DNA of 57,732 bases, counting the filler, from Sphacelaria rigidula (lineage: Eukaryota): the NCBI GenBank assembly GCA_964200075.2. It is 2 parts of 2 records of this genome, joined end to end, with 100 filler letters (N's around TTAATTAATTAA, not from the genome) between each part and the next. Parts side by side here need not be neighbours in the genome. Positions count along the whole stretch, not along the records: positions 28,951 to 57,732 come from CAXNAA020000094.1; 1 more part is not named here. One strand, written 5' to 3'. How positions within the stretch are numbered: position 1 is the first letter of the stretch; every line of letters begins with the position of its first letter. Of the stretch, positions 50,101 to 57,732 are shown one piece after another. Made by a program: the position numbers and the translations under genes. Below the pieces are notes generated by a model, which worked only from the letters and a program-made list of their open reading frames with translations, did not search any database and was not told the DNA's origin.

Positions 50101-53100
50101 AGAAGCAATCGCGACAACAACCTCGGACCCCAGGTCGCCTTCGAAAACTCTCGTGGGCAAACGCGGTTCTGCCTTCTGCTCCGTTTCTGTTCCTCGTACG
50201 GCTGCTGAGATGCCCAAAACGGGTGCGATTTGTCCGGTTCGCTCATCTTTGTTGCCAGCACCGAAGCTGTATATTCGCCCACAGCGCGTCAGAATGAGCG
50301 TGTGCCCCCAGCCACCGGCCATGACCGACACGTCCAAGTCAACAAGACCTTCGATGGGTCGCGGAGAGAGCTACAACAATGGTATAGGCGACGAGTGTGG
50401 AACCGGCGGCGTAGGTTTTTATTGCTCATATAGATGATTCGCGAAGTTGGAGTGGGATCCTGAGACCGAAGGTTGTGATACGCCTTGTGTGAGCATGTTG
50501 ACAACACAGAATTTCTCAATCAAGCAGGCGAGGGGTATACGTGTCACGTTGCACTGGCAAAGCTTTGCGCAGCACCGTCAACGATTCTAGCCAAGCAAGA
50601 CTGTTTGCCCCGCACCTGGTCAGAGAGAACCGCATCAGCGTGCCCGCACTGTCCACTAGTATTCTTCCCCCACGAATACGCCTTCCCACTCGAACAAACT
50701 GCTAGAGAATGAGATACCCCGCAGAAAACCCTTATGATATCAGTTTCCTGCAGTTTCGTGACAGGCGTTGCAGCTGCCTGATCCCGGGTATCGCCAAGAC
50801 CAAGGCGTCCGTTTGCTCCGTTCCCCCATGATAGCACCTGGTGTATATTATTTGACACGTTTTGGAATCGAAATTAGGGCAGCCTGAAAGCTGTTGACCC
50901 TATTCAAAGCCACCGCTCGCGCACTGCGCGTTTGGCGTTTAAATAACGCTGTACACATGCACCACAGAACACGGAAAAATGGATACAGTTACATGCCGTC
51001 ATCAGCAATCATGGGTGAACGATGAATCCAGTAAAACCGGAGAGACAACGCGTACGAGTACAGATTGACCGAAAATTCTGATTGTAGCAGACGTAAACGA
51101 GCCGGTACTGTTTATGGGGCTAATTACAGAACAAGAATAGATGCACACTTTTAGGGCAGAGACAAGTATAGGGTATAGCACGATATAGAACACCCAATCT
51201 GCGGGCACGCACTTTGCTGATACAGCAGCATAACTCTCTTCTCGGCGATACCGACAACTGTTTGATTTTTTCTCGTCTACTCCTCTTCCTAAACTCTCAC
51301 CCTAACATCTACTCACACCTGAACCTGTCGGATCCGGTAGCTCGTTGCGGTGATTGTCGATAATAGAAAGCAACATATTTCGTTGCTCGTGACAGTGACA
51401 TCAACAAACGTTATTCGAGCTCTTCCCACAAGGCATACTGGCTCAAATACACTCCCGAGCACCGCATGTGTTCTAACCTGCGAAACCGGGTGAATCTTCG
51501 TGCAGAGGTTGCCCGCGATGGTCAATCGCTACGGACAGACGTGAATGGGCGCACCGAGTGCGAGAGAATGCGAAAGAGTGAAAGAGTGCTACAAGGGAGA
51601 GCCGCGCATGTGCGACGAAAACAACTTCAACTTGAGTTAGCCCATTCATCTAGGCAGGACATTAGTCAATAATATCACGTGCAGCACACACACACTATCG
51701 CTCCTTCCATCCGCGCAACGACATCTTCCAGCGCACTCTACTATTTGCTCGGTCACGGGTACACGTGTAGGCTAGACCGTAGACAGAGAGGGTGATTTTC
51801 GGACCTTTGGCAGTTGGGCAAAGTGCACATACAGTACGCAGATTATTCTATACTTAGCATGGCACAAGAATACGGAGGCGTGTTGCCACAAAAACGCGAC
51901 CGTTTCACAACCGAATGGCACAACAGACCTATCACTCTGTACTGTACCCGAACATGCTGGCTGCAACAGATATGCGTTAGCGGGAAATGCAACGGGGGTG
52001 GCGTTCCATGACCCGACCGGCAACGCCACCGTGCCTTTTTATGAGCGTTGCAGAATCCATGCAACATTCGTTTCATTGCCGTGCCAACCAAACGCGTGCT
52101 GCCGAAGCTTAGCGACCCAACAGCGGTGTGTGATGCCGCATTCGACATGCTTGGCTACTTTGACATGTCGATGGTGTACTCGGGCCCATTTTGCCGCTTG
52201 ATTAGTTGGTTGCGATTGAGTCGTGCATTTTGTTTTGGGGTACATACGCGTGATCTTCTCCCCTTCCGCAGTATTTCTCCCGTTCGTTCTCTTTTGCGCA
52301 ATATTTGTCACCGTTCATGTCTGTCCGCACTGGAGTGCTTATCGCGGGCAGACTTGGCAGACGCGGGGCAAACTTCGGCACAAAGAATCCCCCGTATGCA
52401 GAGATCGGAACAAATTTGGCAATCGGGAGAATCGCTAGACCACTGTACCTTGCGGAAAGAGTCTAAGACTGTGCGACTATATTTTTTCCGTCGTTTATGT
52501 GTAAAGTGCAATACAGGTATAATTTTGGCCAAGAAGAAACAGGTGTAATTTTTGCCGGATTCAGGTGTAGAACAACGTTTAGGTAAGATTTCGGAAGAAA
52601 GGAGGCCAGGAAGGTAAACCTCGGCGTAGCGTTTGTCGCCATGAGCAGTTTACAGGCAATCATTTGGCCAGAGATCGGCCGTTCTGTATTGCGATACACC
52701 CTGCACCTGTTCCATGTCCTCGAATTACCCAGGCATGCCTCCTTCTACTGTTCGGTTGTATGCTCCCCTCTCCATAAAACATGACAAGCATATTCGACCC
52801 TACCTGTCCCGTGGTCAGGAGGGCAAGTGTGTGACCCACTCCACAGGCGACGTCGGAGACGGTCGGCCTGTCGGCCAGAAAGTGCAGTACGACCGGCACG
52901 TCCCCATGGCTCACGTCCTGACCGGTTCCGCCGCTGTGCCCGCAGCCTACTGAGAGATGGTAAGTGGAACAAGCGCAACCTCGAACTCCTAGGCGTGAAT
53001 TAATGTTGGCTTGGTCCCCTGGCTCCCAAATGACGACGTCGTGAGATCCGCCCAGCAATGTCGGGAATGTGCCGGCCTCTGAGACAAATCTGGCCTCTTT

Positions 53101-56100
53101 CCTTGCAACGTCGTCGTCATCATCGCGATTCCATACCAAGAGCTTGCCGTCAAATGATAGTGCTGTATGTTGGTAGGCGGTGGAATGCACCTGCACGCGC
53201 GACGCGTTTACCGGAAGATGTCTCGGTTTGTTTGCATCTCGACTTGCAAAGCGCTGTAGCTGTGTATTCTAAGCCTCCGCCGTTTACGTCCCCTCGTAAG
53301 ACTCTTGTTTAAGTTGACTGCTAAGGCCATTTTTACACGTTTCCGCGGATCTACTGTGTTCCTTGAAGAGCGATATGTCAAACTTAAAACGGCACGTCAA
53401 TGACTTGATTGAGTGATCGTCGAAGAACAACTTATGCCCGAGGGACCTAGTAGTCGTGATCATTATCCGCAAGGTAGACTTAACTATGGTGAGCAAAAAA
53501 GGAAACGCTCGCTGAAAAAAAAAAATGGAAAAACAACAAGAAGGGAAATCAAACGAAATGAGAAGAAAAACAATCTGGGTGAAACAACAGAATCGCGAAT
53601 CTGCGACCAGTTACGCTTGCTAAGTCAACATGCCGGAAAATAAGGAAAGCAGTGCAAACAGGATCAATGCCGCACGTTTATTCGGAACCCAATAAAAATA
53701 TAATTTAAGTCTGCAAGAGCAGCTCAGGTCTTCTCTCAGCAATGACGAATATAGGGCACACCACACCTTTGCGAGTCCGACGCCACGCAAAGCAGCTGGG
53801 ATTGACACCGTTGCTTCACTATTTTCACGTTCCAGACTGTATCTTGTTTGTTTCCATCTCTGCGCGAAAAAGATCAAACAGCAGGTTTTGGGCTCGTGTG
53901 GTACGCACGTGGTCTTTGCGCTATTAGACATGGTGAACTGTAAAGACGCCAACCAACTATGGAATGGTGTGAGAACGGTGAACTACAAACTAGTCTCTAC
54001 ATCCGTTTTGTGTCTCTCCAGCACGAATTCCGTGCAAATGTCGGGCATGAACTTCTGTGGAAATTATCAATGTGTCACCCACAAGAACACCCGCATTCCG
54101 TACATAATACTTCATCACTCTCAAGTAATACTTGCCCATAGTATCAAGCGATACTTTCGAGTCTCATTTAATTATACTCACGTGGCGAAGTGAGCACAGC
54201 AATCCACCCTCGCTATCCTCATCTTCAGCGAAGACCGATGCATCGTGCCGTGATGCAGGATCCGATCCTCCAGAATCACCACAAACGACAAGGTCTGCGC
54301 GCAATCGCCCGCAAGGTTCAAGTGTCTCTAGCTCCTGCGGGTAGTATATCACAAACGCGTCTTGATAATGGGATAAGCACGTGCATATATATTGAGAATT
54401 GCAGACTGATCAGTTTAACTTCGAGTTCAATGAGGCCAATACGGCAAACACGGGCGAACATGGACGCGGTAAGAAGCTAAGGTAGCCAGTCATTGTTACA
54501 AATTCGAGTTGAACCTTCAACTCCAGGTGAAAATTGAAGGTGAGACTTGAACGCCCGATCTCTATGTTGAAACTTCAAGCTCAGGTTGAAGTTTCAACTT
54601 GAGCCTTCAGCTCACAATTTGAAGGTCCACCTGAAGCTTACGACATGAAGGTCGACTCAAGTTGGAGCTTTAACTTTGACCTTCAAGTTGTATATCTGCC
54701 CCTTACCTTGAGCGTTCAACTCAAAGTTAGCGGAAGTTCAACTTTAGAAGTTCAACCTTCAATTTTTTGTCCTACACTTGAACCTTCACTTTAAAGTCAA
54801 ATATCAAACTTTTAAAATGTACCTTCCTTCAAGTTGTTAACATGAAAGCCGGACGTTAAACTTGAACTTGTGACTTCCAAATTAGAATTGCAGATGTAGC
54901 AACAGGATTTCAACTTGCATTGATTGCGAAATTGGAGTGAACGATCATGTGGAGGCTCAAAATTTTGAACATCTCCAGCTTGAAGTTTCGTCCCCCAGCC
55001 TCGTGTCAGAGCAGTATTGCTGACTGATTGTCCAGAAAAATCCAGGGGTTTCCAGGGGGAAGAGGGACCGTTTTGAGCAGGGGGGTGGGAACTCCCGTAT
55101 CGTCGGAGATAGCTTGCTGTATAACAGATGTGTGAATCCAGGACATTTGTAGGTCGGCAGACAGGCCTGCGGACGATAATGTGACATCTTGTTATTATTG
55201 TGCGATTGATCGAAACGGTCAACATGTTCCCCAACAAAATCCCAAGTATTGCCCACTTGGCGATCAAGGAGGCTTCGATCATGTGGGCGACGACACCTTC
55301 CGGTTGAACGTTCGAGATGAAGGCCTGACCTGTTCATTGAAGTTGACATTCAACTTGGAATCAATCTTTAAGCCGAAGTTTCAAGTCGAAAATTGAAGGT
55401 CAACTATAATGAATTGGAGTTGAAGATTTCGTGATGATGGCGATTAGCCAGAGGTTCCCACCTTGAGGTAGGGGCCTATTCCTTGGAGGACAACCGGCTT
55501 GTCCAACGATGAACCGAACAACAGGAGTCTCAAAACCCGTAGACTGCTGCGGAGAGAGCCCCGTTTGATCGTAAGCCCAACCATCGCCGATAGCACTTCT
55601 CCTTGTTCCTCGCTAGTGAGTTGGTGCCCTTCCAACATCAATTCCTCCGCCGCCGACAACACTGCTGCCACTACTCCTTCTGGACGAAGCCCAGCAGTCA
55701 GGCCCGCAAGCGGTCGTTTTGAACCGTCTGTTGGTCGTTCCGCTTCCGGGGGCGCCCACTTGTCAGGCTGAGAAAAAAGTGCGAGTACCGGAGCGTCGAT
55801 TACCATGGAGGGGACTTGCCTGATCAACTTCAGGATGCCCCGCTTGTTTCGACTTCGCTGCAAAGACTGGAGGAGGCGGAAGAATACCAAGGTACCGATG
55901 CGAGCGGCCAGATCAGGTCCGCCTCTGGACGCATCACCATATTGACGGTCGTCGATCACACGAATTTCATGCGTGTCCGCGAGATCTGGCAACGATAGGT
56001 CGTATAGTGCTCGCTTCACTCTAGCATGACGAAGCTCCGATTGCAATATGGTCCACAGGACTCCCAGTCGCTCTGGAAACGTCCCCCGAAGAGCAAGTAC

Positions 56101-56448
56101 GACTCGTCCGGCTTGACGAGCGCCTGCTTGCTTTTTCAGTTCGACCTCGCGACGAGCTGACCCGAACTGCTGAAGAACGTTCCCGTTTGTGCACAAACGT
56201 GGACTGCGTAGGCAGTAATCCATTAAACTGCGGGGTGTCTTTCCACAACTAGCAGAGCTGTGCCCCGTGCAAGATAGTTCGGCCTCGACATCAAGTTCGA
56301 ATCGCTCATTATCACGACGGTATTCAGTAAGCGCAAATGCCTGGGCTTCGATGGTCTGGGTATTCAACTGTCGCTGCGGATACATACGACGTAGCCGGGG
56401 ATAGGCTCCGAATACGCCCTCAGTAGTTTTGAATTCATGTCTTTGCAT
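29150..56448 (-). CDS. Giant HERC1-like RCC1-repeat/SPRY/UBA protein (putative large HERC-type E3 ligase; 3' end and any HECT domain lie beyond the spacer)
   Basis: Exons recovered: ~56448-55462, 54334-54182, 53859-53767, 53190-52804, 50837-50616, 50370-50010, 48813-48554, ~47600-47410 (boundaries uncertain), 47110-45842, 45460-44078, 43832-43431, 43215-42863, 42584-42257, 41947-~41897, ~41767-41512, 41016-40743, 40545-36518, 36375-35780, 35544-35413, ~35094-34940, several in 34820-33499 (partly unresolved), 33205-31741, 31484-30658, 30381-30255, 30061-29901, 29620-29150. GLTIKRGSLRSSL and AVYLGGGHIEGPHVGARV resemble remembered HERC1/2 segments (LAxQRGSL; ALGGFKETIKIGSEV). The start codon is uncertain. 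Confidence 0.8.
29901..31970 (-). CDS. FN3-like module followed by a second SPRY/B30.2 domain
   Basis: VTATSVTLSW and FTVHDLTPDTHYKFSL (FN3 strands); LRLSNSNLTV, GFASGVHSWKVRID, VFVGVV, YVGSDRTGWGY, YGELFREGDTIGVSLD, LRFARNGRDLGVA, LYPAFSM (B30.2/SPRY). Confidence 0.85.
35413..36375 (-). CDS. SPRY C-half plus UBA domain exons
   Basis: SLNGQDLGVAF...LYPAASM...FNFG completes the SPRY domain; LVENLIGMGFPVEWAIRA and ESAATAWIIEH form a UBA domain (MGF motif). Confidence 0.87.
36518..40545 (-). CDS. 4028-nt single exon encoding a LamG/concanavalin-like module and the N-half of a SPRY domain
   Basis: ORF 36277..40524; CAG acceptor above 40545, GT donor below 36518. LamG-like motifs FAITFWVW, LPVGHWTHVCCSY, RISFDG, VYDIYWHGREISPEQV; SPRY motifs GRWYYEVTLHTGGLMQLGWA, GVGDHVHSWAFDG, YGKRWRAGDVVGVLLD. 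Confidence 0.88.
48554..53859 (-). CDS. RCC1-like repeat exons of the HERC1-like gene
   Basis: VSDVACGVGHTLAL, VLSWGNGANGRLGLGD, VFCGVSHSLAV, YSWGKNTSGQCG, MAGGWGHTLIL, IASGWDHCMAV, TWGAGNGGQLGHGDT, VAGGREYTAAV: canonical RCC1 blade signatures over phase-consistent exons. Confidence 0.92.
49775..49925. repeat. Compound (CTA)n/(CTG)n microsatellite
   Basis: Direct reading: ctactactaccactactact...gctgctgctgctgct in an intron of the RCC1 region. Confidence 0.9.
54505..55430. repeat. Foldback-like array of TTGAAnnTTCAA palindromic units in a HERC-like intron
   Basis: Dense TTGAA/TTCAA units at 54505-54920 and 55300-55430; perfect 13-bp hairpin GTTGAAACTTCAA (54566-54578) / TTGAAGTTTCAAC (54586-54598); outer inverted pair CTTCAACTCCA / TGGAGTTGAAG. 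Confidence 0.7.
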
Positions 56449-56849
56449 CGTCTGGCCACAAATGTGATGAAGCGCGTAGGGCAGCCCCCAACAGCGCGTT
56501 GAAAACCGCAGAAGATACTGCCCAGACGCGAGGATCTCACCAATTTTTTCGTCGTCACGATTGACCGATTTGATCACATCCCGTTGGTCAATCAGGCACC
56601 GATGCCCCGCGCAGTAGATCTATCTACAGCTTTGGGGGGGAATCTGTGGTTGACATGATGGCTATTGTTTTAGACTGGAGAAAGTTCCGAAAAAAATATT
56701 GTTTGGGGCAGGTGAGTAGTGGACCCAGCTCGTCCAGAACCTGGTTTTGTCCAAATGGGCGCCTGCGGCGTCGCAACTCGAGGTCTGCCAACGCAACTTT
56801 GCCCAGGGGAACCTATGCATCCCCCTTGCCCGAGGATCTCGTAAGCCTT

Positions 56850-56881
56850 GGGTCGGAGTTAGGGTCAGTGTTAGTGTTAGT
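56850..56881. repeat. Degenerate (TTAGGG)n-like repeat
   Basis: GGGTCGGAGTTAGGGTCAGTGTTAGTGTTAGT. Confidence 0.55.
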
Positions 56882-57732
56882 TTCTTCGTAAAAATCAACC
56901 ATAGATTTTCGCCCAGAGCTACAGCCGACACGGTTACATCAGTAGTACAGAGTAGATGTAAGAGCCCCGTTACCCCATATAATCTATGAAAAAGGTTTGT
57001 GGGCGTGAGGGTGAAATAACGGTCCCTTGTAAGATCTGGCAGGAATAGAGTTAGTTGTACTTTACAAGTAGTCTAGAGCTTGCAGAACGAAAAACATCTG
57101 CGCCAGATTTAGGCGCTGGCATTTGATTGAGTGCGAGCTCTTAACAAGAACGCTATTTAAAAATTGCTCCATACATTGTGTGACCGAAGCACTGTCATGT
57201 CTGAATGTCAAGTGTAATGGTGCCGATTCGGCAGATCACCTCCTACCGTAACGGTCGAACGGTTAATAAGGGTGATGTTGCGGAGCACATCTAGATATAG
57301 AATGGGTAGCCGTACGAGTATAACTGGGGAACGATACGCTTTGTCAACTATTATAATATTAAAAGAAGGGAAATGAGGGTATCAGCCATCGGAACGTTTC
57401 TCTCACTAATATACCACTGTACATTTGGCAGGTTATGATTTTACAGTATATCGGACATAATGCCGTGCATTCCAAAAACATTCCCCCGATGAATATACTT
57501 GATACGAGTGTATGTGTGTGCTTCTTCCCATCTATCCTGGACACCAGTCCACACCTTTCGGTATACGTGGGTGCATCAGCCGGGGTCACACAGGAGTTTT
57601 CTATTCGATTGTTTTAGTACTCAACCTTCCTTTTTTTGCTGTGCTTGCCTTGATATCGCGAGAAGGGTTCAAACAGCCAATCATCTATGTTGAGGATGGT
57701 GCTTTTCATTGAGGATGAGAACCCGGAGGATT

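Noticed and set aside
52048..52548. 166-aa plus-strand ORF in a 2-kb intron
   Set aside because: Non-ATG start, no recognisable domain or splice support.
54505..54920. CRISPR-like repeat array
   Set aside because: No constant repeat/spacer periodicity, no cas genes, eukaryotic intron context.

Overview
Eukaryotic, intron-rich nuclear DNA; intron style, TTAGGG-type motifs and repeat content suggest a stramenopile, probably a brown alga (inference). The window is two segments joined at 28851-28950 by an artificial 100-bp spacer (44 N + TTAATTAATTAA + 44 N). Left: the 3' 27 exons of a THO complex subunit 2 (THOC2/Tho2) gene on the minus strand (981-28309, 5' end cut by the spacer). Its introns carry MITEs, tRNA-like elements and a probable decayed Ty1/copia relic, and four of its 26 introns appear to use GC donors. 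Right: a giant minus-strand HERC1-like gene (29150 to about 56448, 3' end cut by the spacer) encoding RCC1 repeats, a LamG-like module, SPRY, UBA, an FN3-like module and a second SPRY/B30.2; no HECT domain is visible. Gene models were built by hand from splice sites, phase continuity and remembered family motifs; no database search was run. I found no clearly new biological system. The best leads are two MITE copies sharing one body but with unrelated TIR pairs, the GC-AG cluster, the HERC-like architecture and a palindromic TTGAAnnTTCAA array.
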